Counted from the first letter of the stretch, positions 37,005-46,644 are shown. The stretch: DNA of 64,000 bases from Gammaproteobacteria bacterium (GCA_963662545.2 CAXXLL010000003.1:2186644-2250643); one strand, 5' to 3'. Numbers and translations: made by a program. Notes: generated from the sequence alone by a model not told the origin.

Positions 37005-37892
37005 ATGAATGACGCGGCCTCCCTGTTCCGTGACGCGGTCCGGGCCGTTGGCTTGACACCACCCGATGTGATTGAGCCCGGCCAACTGCATCGCTTTCCA
37101 GGCGTCGGCAAAGGCCACGGTAACACCGCCGGATGGTGCAGGCTCTTCGAGGACGGTTTGGGCGGTTGCTTCGGTGACTGGTCTTCGGGCCTGTCCGAAA
37201 CCTGGCAGGCGAAGCGCAACAAGCCTTATACGCGTGCCGAACGGGCCGCCTTCACCTGTCAGGTGGAGGCCGCGAGGGGCCGCGTCGAGTCGGCGCGTCG
37301 CGCCCAGCACGCCGAAGCCGCAGACCGGGCCAATGCAATCTGGTATGCGGCAGCACCTGCTCCCGGTAATCATCCTTACCTAGTCCGAAAGCGTATCCAG
37401 CCCCATGGCGCAAGGCTGCACAAAGGCGCACTGACGTTGCCCGTCACGGACTTTGCCGACCGGATGACCAGTCTGCAATTCATCTCTGCCGATGGCGCCA
37501 AGCGGTTGCTCTCTGGTGGACGCAAGCGCGGCTGCTTCATTCATGTGGCGGGCAATATGACGCATTGCTCTCGCATTATCCTCTGCGAGGGCTGGGCTAC
37601 TGGTTGCACCCTGGCCGAGGATGAACCCGCCACGCTGGTGCTGGCCGCCATTGATGCGGGGAATCTGGAGCCGGTTGCGGTGGCTGCCCGCCGCCGTTGG
37701 CCGCACGTTGAGCAGGTGATTGCGGGTGATGATGACCGGCTGACGGCTGGCAATCCCGGCGCGGCCAAGGCGAAGGCTGCCGCCATTGCATCCAGGGCGC
37801 TGCTGGCCCTCCCCGAGTGGCCGGCAGGTGCACCCATGCATCTGACCGACTTCAACGACCTAGCCGTGTGGCTAGCAGGAGGCAGGGCATGA
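37005..37892 (+). CDS. Toprim-domain primase-like protein (P4 alpha / TraC N-terminal type)
   Basis: LHRFPGVGKGHGNTAGWCRLFEDGLGGCFGDWSSG, Toprim Glu in IILCEGWATG, and DxD in VIAGDDD. Confidence 0.8.
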   Translation: MNDAASLFRDAVRAVGLTPPDVIEPGQLHRFPGVGKGHGNTAGWCRLFEDGLGGCFGDWSSGLSETWQAKRNKPYTRAERAAFTCQVEAARGRVESARRAQHAEAADRANAIWYAAAPAPGNHPYLVRKRIQPHGARLHKGALTLPVTDFADRMTSLQFISADGAKRLLSGGRKRGCFIHVAGNMTHCSRIILCEGWATGCTLAEDEPATLVLAAIDAGNLEPVAVAARRRWPHVEQVIAGDDDRLTAGNPGAAKAKAAAIASRALLALPEWPAGAPMHLTDFNDLAVWLAGGRA

Positions 37893-39406
37893 CCACTCAG
37901 TTGCTGAAATCCGCCGCACCGCCGGAGAAAGAATGGCCGGACTTGGTCCAGCTGGATGCACCCAACCTGCCCCACCTCGACTTGGCGCATCTGCCCAGCT
38001 GGGCAGGAGACTACGCCCGCGCACTCGCCGCCGCCACCGAGACCCCGCCAGAGCTGGCTGCAGGAATGATCTTGGTCACCTGTGCCGCCGCTGCCGTGCG
38101 GCACCTGCGGGTGCAGGTGAAACCGGACTACTTTGAGCCCTGCAACCTGTGGGTCGTAGTCGCCCTACCACCCGGTAATCGCAAAAGTGCCGTGCAGGGC
38201 GCCGCCACTGCGCCGCTGGCGGCATGGGAGCGGGATCAGGCGAAGAACATGAAAACGGAGATCACGCGCATCAGCAGCGAATGCAAGACCTTGGATGCGC
38301 GCGTCAAGGCCAAACGTAACGAAGCTGCGCGGGCGAAAACTCCCGAGCAAGCCGATGCTCTAGCGAAGGAGGTTGCGGACCTGGAAGCTGACCCGCGCGA
38401 CGTCCCAGTGACACCGCAAATCTGGACCTCGGACACGACTCCGGAGCGGCTGGGGATACTGTTGGCCGACCACGGCGAATGTATGGCCTGGCTGTCGTCC
38501 GAAGGCGGCGTTTTCGACCTGCTCCAAGGTCGATACTCGAACGCTATCCCTAATCTCGACCTCGTCCTCAAAGCCCACAGTGGCGATTCAGAGCGCGTCG
38601 ACCGGGTCGGCCGACCACCGGTCTTGCTGCAAAGCCCGCGTCTCAGTATCGGCCTGAGTCCGCAGCCGGATGTACTACGAGGCCTCGCAACGAAACCCGG
38701 ATTCCGGGGTCGGGGACTGCTGGGCCGGTTTCTCTATTTGCTCCCACCCTCACCGCTGGGGTTTCGCACCCTGGAGTCCACTCCCGTGCCTGAGAACATC
38801 CGAGATGCCTACGAGTCGGGCGTTCGCGCGATGCTGGATTGGGAGCCCGTCACTGACGGACACGGCGACCAACAACCTCACGTGCTCCACCTAAGCGACG
38901 AGGCCTACACCGAGTGGCTCGACTTCGCGCGAGCCATCGAAGTCCAGATGCGGCCTAACCGTCAGTTCGAGCACTTCACCGACTGGGCCGGCAAGGCTTC
39001 CGGTGCCGCGGCACGCCTGGCTGGGGTGCTGCACGGCATCAAACACGCGCACGGCAGACCGTGGGAGGCATCCGTCACCATCGAAACCATGACCGCCGCC
39101 GTGGAGATCATGGCGGCCATCAGCCAGCACAGCCTAGCAGCGCTGGACCTGATGGGCGCCGATCCCAGCATTGCCGCCGCCCGGCGGGTGTGGGAGTGGA
39201 TAGAACGCGGCCGATTGACCCGCTTTACTGTACGAGAAGCCTTCAATGCCCTGCGCGGCACCTTCCCCCGTGTCGCCATGCTGAACCGTGCCCTGGAGGC
39301 CTTGCAAGAGCGCGGCTATGTGGAGGTGATCGCATCACCGCGTGATGGCCCTGGTCGCCGTCCGTCGCCCACGGTGCGGGTGCGCCCAGGCGTCGTGCAG
39401 GGATAG
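37889..39406 (+). CDS. DUF3987 (YfjI-like) protein, putative replicative helicase/loader partner of the primase
   Basis: ATGA overlap with the primase gene. The patterns PPELAAGMILVTCAAA, LPPGNRKS, TPERLGILLADHGECMAWLSSEGGVFD and GLLGRFLY are typical of DUF3987 proteins. Confidence 0.75.
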   Translation: MTTQLLKSAAPPEKEWPDLVQLDAPNLPHLDLAHLPSWAGDYARALAAATETPPELAAGMILVTCAAAAVRHLRVQVKPDYFEPCNLWVVVALPPGNRKSAVQGAATAPLAAWERDQAKNMKTEITRISSECKTLDARVKAKRNEAARAKTPEQADALAKEVADLEADPRDVPVTPQIWTSDTTPERLGILLADHGECMAWLSSEGGVFDLLQGRYSNAIPNLDLVLKAHSGDSERVDRVGRPPVLLQSPRLSIGLSPQPDVLRGLATKPGFRGRGLLGRFLYLLPPSPLGFRTLESTPVPENIRDAYESGVRAMLDWEPVTDGHGDQQPHVLHLSDEAYTEWLDFARAIEVQMRPNRQFEHFTDWAGKASGAAARLAGVLHGIKHAHGRPWEASVTIETMTAAVEIMAAISQHSLAALDLMGADPSIAAARRVWEWIERGRLTRFTVREAFNALRGTFPRVAMLNRALEALQERGYVEVIASPRDGPGRRPSPTVRVRPGVVQG

Positions 39407-39408
39407 CA

Positions 39409-40038
39409 ATGAGCTGGCGCGATATCCTAGAGGCGCCTCCACCACAGAAGTCTCCCTCTACGCATAATTCGCAAAATACGCAGAACTCTGTTGAACCAAG
39501 CAGTTGTGCGGATAGTGCGGATTCTGCGTATAGGGATCCCGAGGAAGACGACGCTCGGCTCCTGGAGGCACTGGCTCACGCGTGCCGAGGACTCTCCATC
39601 AAACCCGCGGAGGTCTGCGACGCCTTGGCCCCGGAAGACATCGAGGGTTGGCGATGCGGTGAGGTACGTGGGGAGAGCCTGGCCGCCTTCGCCGCATCAC
39701 TCGACCAGCGGAGGGAGATGGAGCGAGGCATTTGCCCGGCGAGCTACACCGAGCAGGCGACCTGTGCCCAATGCGGCCCGATCTGGTTGTGGACTCAGGG
39801 CCAAGTGCTGGGCTGTCCCTGGTGCTGGAATCGGATCCGTGGACTACCAATCCCCCGCCCTCACCTTGTGCAGTGCGCCGAGTGCCGGCACTGGACCCCC
39901 GACTCCATCGGGGACGGCGGTGGCATCGGCTCGTGCGAGGTTGGTGGGCCGCAACCCGGCCAGATGCCCGCCTACCCGCGGGCGGAACGAATTTGCGACC
40001 ATTGGCTGCCTGAGCCCGGCACCAAAAAAGAGGATTAA
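39409..40038 (+). CDS. Cys-rich hypothetical protein (three CxxC-type pairs)
   Basis: CAQCG...CPWCWN...CAECRHW...C. It follows the DUF3987 gene by 2 nt. Confidence 0.6.
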   Translation: MSWRDILEAPPPQKSPSTHNSQNTQNSVEPSSCADSADSAYRDPEEDDARLLEALAHACRGLSIKPAEVCDALAPEDIEGWRCGEVRGESLAAFAASLDQRREMERGICPASYTEQATCAQCGPIWLWTQGQVLGCPWCWNRIRGLPIPRPHLVQCAECRHWTPDSIGDGGGIGSCEVGGPQPGQMPAYPRAERICDHWLPEPGTKKED

Positions 40039-40039
40039 G

Positions 40040-40590
40040 ATGGCTCACAAGTCGAAGCCCAAGCAGAAGCGCGATCTGAACCAGATCACCGCGATGGCGA
40101 AACCAAACGAAGACCAGACGGTCGGTATGGCCCGTACGGCGATGCGACCCACCGTACAAGGCGCGGTCATCCTTCCAGCGCCGCGACGGAGGGCAATCTC
40201 GGTCGAGCGGAAGCAATGCTTGCTGCACAAGCTCACACGCTTGATGCCATCTTCAGCGACCTGGCCCGCCGGGCTGCACTCAACATGGGCGAGTACCCGG
40301 AGGCTTTTGAGGCATACCCGCAAGAGTGCCGGGCGACTCTGGAGACCCTGGCGGAGATGAAGCACCCACGGTCTGTGGCCTTCGTCGGGCAGGCCAATAT
40401 TGCTCATGGCCACCAGCAAGTGAATAATGCTCCGTCCCGCGCGGACGAAATCGAAGACCCGCAAAGCAAACTATTGGAGCAGACCGACGGAGAACGGTTG
40501 GACACGGGAACGACGGGCACGGCAGGCGGAGCTGATACACCGATGGAAGCCGTGGGAGCGGTCAACCGGGCCAAAAACCGACGGAGGTAA
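40040..40590 (+). pseudogene. Conserved island protein, apparently frameshifted near 40170
   Basis: The N-terminal part MAHKSKPKQKRDLNQITAMAKPNEDQTVGMARTAMRPTVQGAV is in one frame. The rest, (GRAEA)MLAAQAHTLDAIFSDLARRAALNMGEYPEAFEAY...CRATLETLAEMKHPRSVAFVGQANIAHGHQQVNN...LDTGTTGTAGGAD, is in the +1 frame. Confidence 0.45.
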
Positions 40591-40917
40591 GGCTCGGGTG
40601 GCCCAGAACGCTTACCGGGGCGGAGCGCACCCCTTTGCTGCGGGAGTTGGCCCGCGCCCTTCGGAAGCAGCGGCACGAGGTGGAGCAGAAACTCTGACAA
40701 CAATGCCCAAACACCTGCGGAGAGGTGACATCGTTTACGTGATCTTCTAAAGCCGTACTCGCAGTGACATGGCACACACGGGGGCAACTATGGGGGCCAC
40801 TTCGCTATATATCCCTTATTTTGTCCTTTTTTAACAATTTGTTATATTATGTAGTTGGTAGTCATCGGCTCCACCACTTCCTCAATCGACGGTTCGTCGT
40901 CAAATCCGTTCAGCGGA

Positions 40918-41571
40918 CTATTCGGGGCCGGCCGGCACGACGACCCCGACCAGGCAGTCCCGTGTCACCAGATCCGCCAGGCGTTCCTCGCCCCAACCCG
41001 CGGTGTTAGCGGGCCGCGCGGGTAACACCAGATAGCGCATGTCCGCGTTGCTGTCGTGAACCCGCACGATGGTGGAAGCGGGTAGGGCCGTGCCGAACTC
41101 TTCGATTACCTTGCGCGGCTCGTTCACGGCGCGCGATCGGTAGGCCTTGCTTTTATACCAGTCGGGCGGCAGGCCTAAGATCGCCCGGGGATAACACGAA
41201 CACAGCGTGCACACGATGAGGTTATGCACCTCGGCCGTGTTTTCCACCACGACCAGCTCGATTCCGTCCAACGACACACCGAACTCGCCGACAGCGGCAG
41301 TGCCGTCGGCCAACAGGCGCGCCTTGTAGTCGGCATCCGACCAGGCGCGCGCAACGATTTTTCCACCGAGGCTGCCGTCGCGCGAATCCATGAACTCCAG
41401 GTACTCCCGGACTTCCTGCGCGGTGATCACGCCGCGTTCGATCAGCAGATCGCGCATGGCCGCGGCCATCAAAGGATAACGCCCAGTTTCGTCGTAATCG
41501 TGCCGGCTGTCGTCGGCATAGGACAAGACCGGTTCGCCGTGCACGTGTTCATGATCGCTATTGCCGGTCAT
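40918..41571 (-). CDS. nthA: Cobalt-type nitrile hydratase family alpha subunit (equivalent to thiocyanate hydrolase gamma)
   Basis: Metal centre VCTLCSCYP (Thr indicates Co type) followed by LGLPPDWYKSKAYRSR. The start at 41571 overlaps the upstream stop (ATGA). Confidence 0.88.
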   Translation of the reverse strand: MTGNSDHEHVHGEPVLSYADDSRHDYDETGRYPLMAAAMRDLLIERGVITAQEVREYLEFMDSRDGSLGGKIVARAWSDADYKARLLADGTAAVGEFGVSLDGIELVVVENTAEVHNLIVCTLCSCYPRAILGLPPDWYKSKAYRSRAVNEPRKVIEEFGTALPASTIVRVHDSNADMRYLVLPARPANTAGWGEERLADLVTRDCLVGVVVPAGPE

Positions 41572-41870
41572 GGTGATTCTGCCGCGCAGGACAGCCAGTG
41601 TTCGAAGACTTCGAGGTCGAGGGTATCCCGCTGTCCGCCCTCGTAGTTCGCCCAAACCTCGACCTGCCTGAAGCGTACGCGGTAGAGGTGGCGCTGCGGC
41701 AAGCCGTCGAATCCATAGGCGAGCTCCTCCGGATTCCTGAAGGCGCCGCAATAGCGCTCAATTTCACCGACCGCACCGCGGATATAGGCCGGCACGCGCC
41801 GGTGCCCCGGCGGGTTGGCCGCATGTACGCGGACGCGATCGCCGGTTCGATAACGCCGCTCGGCGATCAC
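41568..41870 (-). CDS. nthB: Nitrile hydratase beta subunit, C-terminal half as a separate ORF
   Basis: RYRTGDRVRV...PGHRRVPAYIRGAVGEIERYCGAF...HLYRVRFRQVEVW...LDLEVFEHWL. The GTG start overlaps the upstream TGA (GTGA at 41867-41870). Confidence 0.75.
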   Translation of the reverse strand: MIAERRYRTGDRVRVHAANPPGHRRVPAYIRGAVGEIERYCGAFRNPEELAYGFDGLPQRHLYRVRFRQVEVWANYEGGQRDTLDLEVFEHWLSCAAESP

Positions 41871-42172
41871 CGCGTCGCCTCGATACGCATTTTGAGTTCT
41901 GCCATGCGTTGCTCTATTTCTGCGCGCGACACCGCCGCTTTTTCCTCGAGCAGGTTGCACAAGGCCTCGCCCCAGCGCTCGTAATAGGGCTGGTCGTAGA
42001 CGTCCTTCGACAGGTCTTCCAGGGTACGCCGCAATTCGTCCACGCTCATCACGTCGTGCTGGCGTAGGGCGCTGAATATGGCCGTGAACAGCTTGCCGAA
42101 CGGCTCGGCCTCTTGATCCGAAAGGTCGATCGGACCGGCGGGTTCACCGCCTAAGTCATGCTGCAGTTTCAT
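41867..42172 (-). CDS. nthB: Nitrile hydratase beta subunit, N-terminal half as a separate ORF
   Basis: MKLQHDLGGEPAGPI...PFGKLFTAIFSAL...SVDELRRTLEDLSKDVYDQPYYERWGEALCNLLEEK. RBS ggaggagg precedes the ATG at 42172. Confidence 0.8.
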   Translation of the reverse strand: MKLQHDLGGEPAGPIDLSDQEAEPFGKLFTAIFSALRQHDVMSVDELRRTLEDLSKDVYDQPYYERWGEALCNLLEEKAAVSRAEIEQRMAELKMRIEATR

Positions 42173-42686
42173 GCCTTGCAAGTCCTCCTCCGCCGCGCCC
42201 GACAATTTCGCCTCGCATCCATCAGCATCTCACGACATGGAAAAGGACTCCGGGAAGCGAGTCAAACTCCGGCGGGATGCGCGTCCGCACGAGTCTATCC
42301 TCATTCACCCGCCCTATTTGGCTCAAAGTGCCGCGAATTAGTCCAATTCTTCGCGTTCCAGAGTCCGCTTATACACACGCAGCTCTCCGTTTGGCGTCAA
42401 CGTGACCAATTGTTAAACCGGCGCGCGCGGTGGATAAGTGTCAGAGCTAAGTCTTTGATTGTCAAAGAGGTCGAAGAACTGGTTAAAAAATAAGCAAACT
42501 GATAAAAACGTGTTGCGAACGGGCGATAAAGAAGTCTGTACGCAATGCGTCCACAAAGTTATCCCCAGGTTTTGTGGGTAACCCAATTTAGTCTGAAAAT
42601 CAACGAGAAAGGCCTGTGGCAGAAAGTCATGCAATTGTCTTTAGCAGCTTGGACAGACCTTCTTGGGCACCGTAGTATCCACCGCC

Positions 42687-43061
42687 ATGCGAGCTCCACG
42701 ACCTTCCCGCCAACGCCTGCTTGGGCCTGCCCTCATCGTGCTTTCGTGCGCCTCGAACGGGCAGGCCTCCCCTCTCGCCGAAGAAGCAGACGCGGTCGCA
42801 TATCTGGAATTTGCTTCGAAGCTGGACGGTCGCTGCCAGATTCTGAGCGAGGGCGGCAAACTCCGTGTTCTGCGTAATACCCATGCCGACCACGCGATCA
42901 AGTACCGACTCGTCAGACAGTTCGTCGGCGTAGCGCAGGGCCTGTCGGTGGGTGTCGCCCCGCCCGGCGGCGAAGTCGTCAAACTCGGCTGCACCCGGGT
43001 CGACGGCCGGCAGCAGGAGTGGATCGTCGAACGCGCCAGCTTCATAGCTGTAACGAGATAA
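42687..43061 (+). CDS. Putative lipoprotein, hypothetical
   Basis: MRAPRPSRQRLLGPALIVLSCASNG has a signal peptide with an LSC lipobox. It was preferred over the antisense ORF 42627-43082. Confidence 0.45.
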   Translation: MRAPRPSRQRLLGPALIVLSCASNGQASPLAEEADAVAYLEFASKLDGRCQILSEGGKLRVLRNTHADHAIKYRLVRQFVGVAQGLSVGVAPPGGEVVKLGCTRVDGRQQEWIVERASFIAVTR

Positions 43062-43062
43062 G

Positions 43063-43437
43063 ATGCGCAAATCCATCCTCACGATCGCACTTGTGGTGAT
43101 CGCTCAAACGGCCGGTTCGGACGACCAGCCGGACCCCGAATTTGCACGCTCGCCGGGCGACATGACGGTCGAGGAACGCATGCAGATGATCCAGAAGGCG
43201 CGAGGATACGACGCCTGCGTTTACACCGAGGCCCTGGCGCAGGGCGACGATGAAGGCGACATTCGGCGCGTTGCGGACATGGCGATGGGTCAGTGCGAAC
43301 CGCACCTGGAGGACCTGCGTACGATGATCGAGGGATGGGGATTCAAGCCGCACTTCGCGCGCGGCTTTATGAGCAACGTTCGAAATCGCGCGGCTCGCAA
43401 GATTCTGCCGGAACTGGCCGTGCGCAAAGGCCGTTAA
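43063..43437 (+). CDS. Small secreted hypothetical protein
   Basis: Signal-like N-terminus MRKSILTIALVVIAQTAGS. It follows the previous ORF by 1 nt. Confidence 0.5.
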   Translation: MRKSILTIALVVIAQTAGSDDQPDPEFARSPGDMTVEERMQMIQKARGYDACVYTEALAQGDDEGDIRRVADMAMGQCEPHLEDLRTMIEGWGFKPHFARGFMSNVRNRAARKILPELAVRKGR

Positions 43438-43453
43438 CCACTATCATTTGGCG

Positions 43454-43975
43454 CTAGCCGGGTCTGGAATGATCGGCCCCGTTCACTGGCATTTCGCCGG
43501 TCAATTCACTGACGAAATCCGCCAGTTCATTGAGTGCTCGCTGGTAGACGTTTCTTTTGAACGGCACGACGAAACCGAGCGGATCCCAATAATCGAACCA
43601 ACGCCAGGCATCGAATTCCGGCTGTTCGGCAACATCAAGCCTAAAATTGTGTTCGGCGCTCACCAGCTTCAACAAGAACCAAATCTGCTTTTGACCAATG
43701 CACACTGGCCGCTGGTGGTAGCGGATATAGCGCTTGGGTAGGCGGTAACGCAGCCAGCCCTTTGTTGAACCCAGGACACCGACGTGCTCCGGTTCGAGAC
43801 CTACCTCTTCCTTCAACTCGCGGTACATCGCCCGCTCGGGCGTTTCATGGTGTTTAATGCCGCCCTGCGGAAACTGCCAGGCCGCCATGCCGGCCCGGCG
43901 GCCGCAGAACACCTGGCCGTTGTCATTCAACAAAATGATGCCGACATTCGCACGAAAGCCTTGTTCGTCGATCAC
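43454..43975 (-). CDS. rppH: RNA pyrophosphohydrolase (Nudix)
   Basis: (V)[16 protein letters not shown]...[28 protein letters not shown]...[12 protein letters not shown] matches RppH throughout. A GTG start at 43975 avoids overlap with mdh. Confidence 0.88.
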   Translation of the reverse strand: MIDEQGFRANVGIILLNDNGQVFCGRRAGMAAWQFPQGGIKHHETPERAMYRELKEEVGLEPEHVGVLGSTKGWLRYRLPKRYIRYHQRPVCIGQKQIWFLLKLVSAEHNFRLDVAEQPEFDAWRWFDYWDPLGFVVPFKRNVYQRALNELADFVSELTGEMPVNGADHSRPG

Positions 43976-43979
43976 TGTT

Positions 43980-44960
43980 TCAATCCAAAATTTTCTGAAT
44001 GGCGGCACGCTCTTCGGCTAATTCTGCGGCCGATGCGTCCATGCGCGCACGACTGAAATCGTTGATCGGTATATCGGACACGACCTTATACGACCCGCCC
44101 TCACACGTAACTGGAAACGAATACATGAGACCTGCTTCGATGCCATAGCTGCCATCGCTCGGGATCGCCATGCTGACCGAATCACCGGCCGGCGTACCCA
44201 GCACCCAGTCGTGCAAGTGTTCGAGTGCGGCGTTGGCCGCAGACGCGGCGCTGGACGCGCCGCGCGCCTCGATAATCTCTGCGCCGCGTTTGGCGACGCG
44301 CGGAATATATTCGTTTTCGTACCAGGCGCGGGAGACCAGGTCGAGCGCCGCCCTGCCAGCGACGGTTGCGCGGCTCAAGTCGGGGTACTGGGTCGTCGAA
44401 TGGTTGCCCCAGATCGCAAGGTTTTTTATCTCATCGACCGGGGTCCCGGTTTTACCGGCCAGTTGTGCCATCGCGCGGTTGTGGTCGAGCCGGGTCATGG
44501 CCGTGAATTGTGCGGGATCGATATCCGGAGCGCAGGTCATGCAAGTCCAGGCGTTGGTGTTGGCCGGATTGCCGACCACCACCACCTTGATATCCCGTGC
44601 GGCATTTTCGTTGATCGCCTTGCCCTGCACCTTGAAGATCCCGCCGTTGGCTTCCAGCAAATCGCTGCGCTCCATACCCGGGCCGCGCGGCCGCGCGCCA
44701 ACCAGCAGACCGTAGTTGGCGTCCTTGAAAGCTGCGTTGGCGTCATCGGTCGTCTCGATTCCAGCGATCAGTGGGAACGCGCAGTCGTCGATCTCCATCA
44801 CTACGCCTTCGAGCGCTTTCATCGCCGGCGCGATCTCGAGCAGTTGCAGGATTACCGGTTGATCTGCGCCCAGTACTTCGCCGGCCGCAATGCGAAACAA
44901 TAAAGAATAGGCTATCTGGCCGGCGGCGCCGGTGACGGTCATTCTCACGGGTGGCTTCAT
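43980..44960 (-). CDS. mdh: Malate dehydrogenase (NAD)
   Basis: [23 protein letters not shown]...PVILQLLEI and GNPANTN. 326 aa. Confidence 0.93.
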   Translation of the reverse strand: MKPPVRMTVTGAAGQIAYSLLFRIAAGEVLGADQPVILQLLEIAPAMKALEGVVMEIDDCAFPLIAGIETTDDANAAFKDANYGLLVGARPRGPGMERSDLLEANGGIFKVQGKAINENAARDIKVVVVGNPANTNAWTCMTCAPDIDPAQFTAMTRLDHNRAMAQLAGKTGTPVDEIKNLAIWGNHSTTQYPDLSRATVAGRAALDLVSRAWYENEYIPRVAKRGAEIIEARGASSAASAANAALEHLHDWVLGTPAGDSVSMAIPSDGSYGIEAGLMYSFPVTCEGGSYKVVSDIPINDFSRARMDASAAELAEERAAIQKILD

Positions 44961-45001
44961 TTGAATCTGCCCCTCTATTGAAACGCCGTAATAAAGAGGC
45001 G

Positions 45002-46300
45002 CTAAGTGCGCTTCTCGATCGGGACGTAGTCGCGCTGCTTGGCGCCGATATAAAGCTGGCGTGGCCGGCCGATGCGGAAATCGGGGTCCGCCATCAACTC
45101 ATTCCACTGCGCGATCCAACCCGCGCACCGCGCCAGGGCGAACATACAGGTGTACATGCTGGGCGGAATATTGAGCGCCTGGTAAATGAGGCCCGAGTAA
45201 AAATCCACGTTCGGATAAAGTTTGCGCTCGATGAAGTAGTCGTCTTCCAGTGCAATGCGTTCGAGTTCCATGGCAATTTCGAACAACGGCTGGTTAACGT
45301 GCATTTCGTCAAGCAGATCGTGGCAGGCTTTGTAGATGATCTTGGCGCGAGGATCGTAATTCTTGTAGACGCGGTGTCCAAAGCCCATCAGCCGAAACGG
45401 GTCGTCCTTGTCTTTCGCGCGGTCGATGAACTTCTTGATATTTTTTACATCGCCAATCTCTTGGAGCATGTGGATGACCGCTTCGTTCGCGCCGCCGTGG
45501 GACTTGCCCCACAAGGTCGCAATACCCGCAGCGATGCAGGCAAAAGGATTGCTCTCCGCGCTGCCGGCGAGTCGCACTGTCGAGGTGCTCGCGTTCTGTT
45601 CGTGATCTGCGTGCAGGATCATGAGCAGTTCGAGCGCGCGTACCGCGACCGGATTGGCCTCGTAGGGCTCGGTCGGCCAGGAGTACATCATGTACATGAA
45701 ATTTTCGACGTAATCGCGCGAATTGTTCGGGTACACGAACGGCAGGCCGGACGCGTAGCGGTAGATCTTGGAAACCAGGCCCGGCATCTTGCCGATGACG
45801 CGCCGCGCGGTGATCAGCCGATCTTCTTCCTTATAGATATCCGTATTGTCGTGGTAGTAGGAGGCAACGGCGCCAACCACGCCGGTCAAGACGGACATGG
45901 GATGGGCGTCGTAGCGGTAGCCCGAGTAGAAACGCGACAGGTGCTCGTGGGTCATGCCGTGCATTTTGAGAGCATGGACCCATTCGGCGAGTTCGTCGGA
46001 ATTCGGCAGTTCGCCGTGCACGAGCAGGTAGCAAACTTCGACAAAAGACGAATGCTCGGCGAGCTGCTCGATAGGATAACCGCGATGAAGCAGCACCCCC
46101 TGCTCGCCGTCGAGGTAGGTAATGGCGCTGCGGCAACTCGCCGTTGCACCGAAACCAACATCCAGCGTGAACATGCCGAGCTCCTTGTACAAGGCCTTGA
46201 GATCGATAACCGGCGCCCCGTATTCACCCTCGTGCACCGGGCATTCCACGCTCTTCCCTGTCGCATTATCCGTTATGGTAACGGTACGTTGTCCGCTCAC
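45002..46300 (-). CDS. gltA: Citrate synthase (type II)
   Basis: 432 aa with [29 protein letters not shown] and [10 protein letters not shown]. Confidence 0.95.
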   Translation of the reverse strand: MSGQRTVTITDNATGKSVECPVHEGEYGAPVIDLKALYKELGMFTLDVGFGATASCRSAITYLDGEQGVLLHRGYPIEQLAEHSSFVEVCYLLVHGELPNSDELAEWVHALKMHGMTHEHLSRFYSGYRYDAHPMSVLTGVVGAVASYYHDNTDIYKEEDRLITARRVIGKMPGLVSKIYRYASGLPFVYPNNSRDYVENFMYMMYSWPTEPYEANPVAVRALELLMILHADHEQNASTSTVRLAGSAESNPFACIAAGIATLWGKSHGGANEAVIHMLQEIGDVKNIKKFIDRAKDKDDPFRLMGFGHRVYKNYDPRAKIIYKACHDLLDEMHVNQPLFEIAMELERIALEDDYFIERKLYPNVDFYSGLIYQALNIPPSMYTCMFALARCAGWIAQWNELMADPDFRIGRPRQLYIGAKQRDYVPIEKRT

Positions 46301-46644
46301 TTGGATTCCCCCAATCGTTGTGCCCCGCGCCGCCGGTTTACTGAGTGCTTGCGGCCGGCCGGGACTGTCTAGAATAACGTTCCGCTCGTTTGATCAGCAA
46401 GATAACGTGGCGAGGCGGCATCCCAGCAGTGTGTGGGATCGACACTTTAAGTCGTGACGAACGTGGTTTAGCGGTGCTAAATGCGCGATGGGTAACGCCG
46501 AAACGTGGTTGATTCCGAGATAGCTTCTAATGACTTTCGACAGGGATTGATCAAAGATTCTCGTTCTTTTCGCCGATACACCGTGGTATTGGCAGGGTTT
46601 CGGGCCATCCGGTGACGATTTCCTCATTTTGCAGGTGATTGAAG

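Larger units (their letters stand above)
33853..40917 (+). mobile_element. Remnant of an integrative P4/PICI-like replicon (AlpA-primase-DUF3987 module); integrase absent
   Basis: Gene content (alpA, Toprim primase, DUF3987 protein, Cys-rich ORF, conserved island ORF), the iteron/AT-rich region, and lower-GC unknown cargo. The left side abuts IS256 and the right side abuts the nthA stop. Confidence 0.6.

Noticed and set aside
40427-40790. ORFs 40427-40750 (+), 40404-40787 (-) and 40562-40777 (-) after the conserved island gene.
   Set aside because: They overlap each other, are compositionally biased, and only a short frame-shifted piece (AERTPLLRELARALRKQRHEVEQKL) looks like a remnant of a small island protein. 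Support is insufficient for a feature.
40861-40880. GGCTCCACCA at 40868-40877 as a tmRNA or tRNA 3' end marking the island att site.
   Set aside because: Only about 10 nt resemble an acceptor end. There is no T-arm upstream, and it is too short to distinguish from chance.
42627-43082. Minus-strand ORF of 151 aa overlapping the putative lipoprotein gene.
   Set aside because: The plus-strand ORF has a signal peptide with a lipobox and is followed immediately by a second secreted-protein ORF on the same strand. The minus-strand product has no features. Both calls remain weak.
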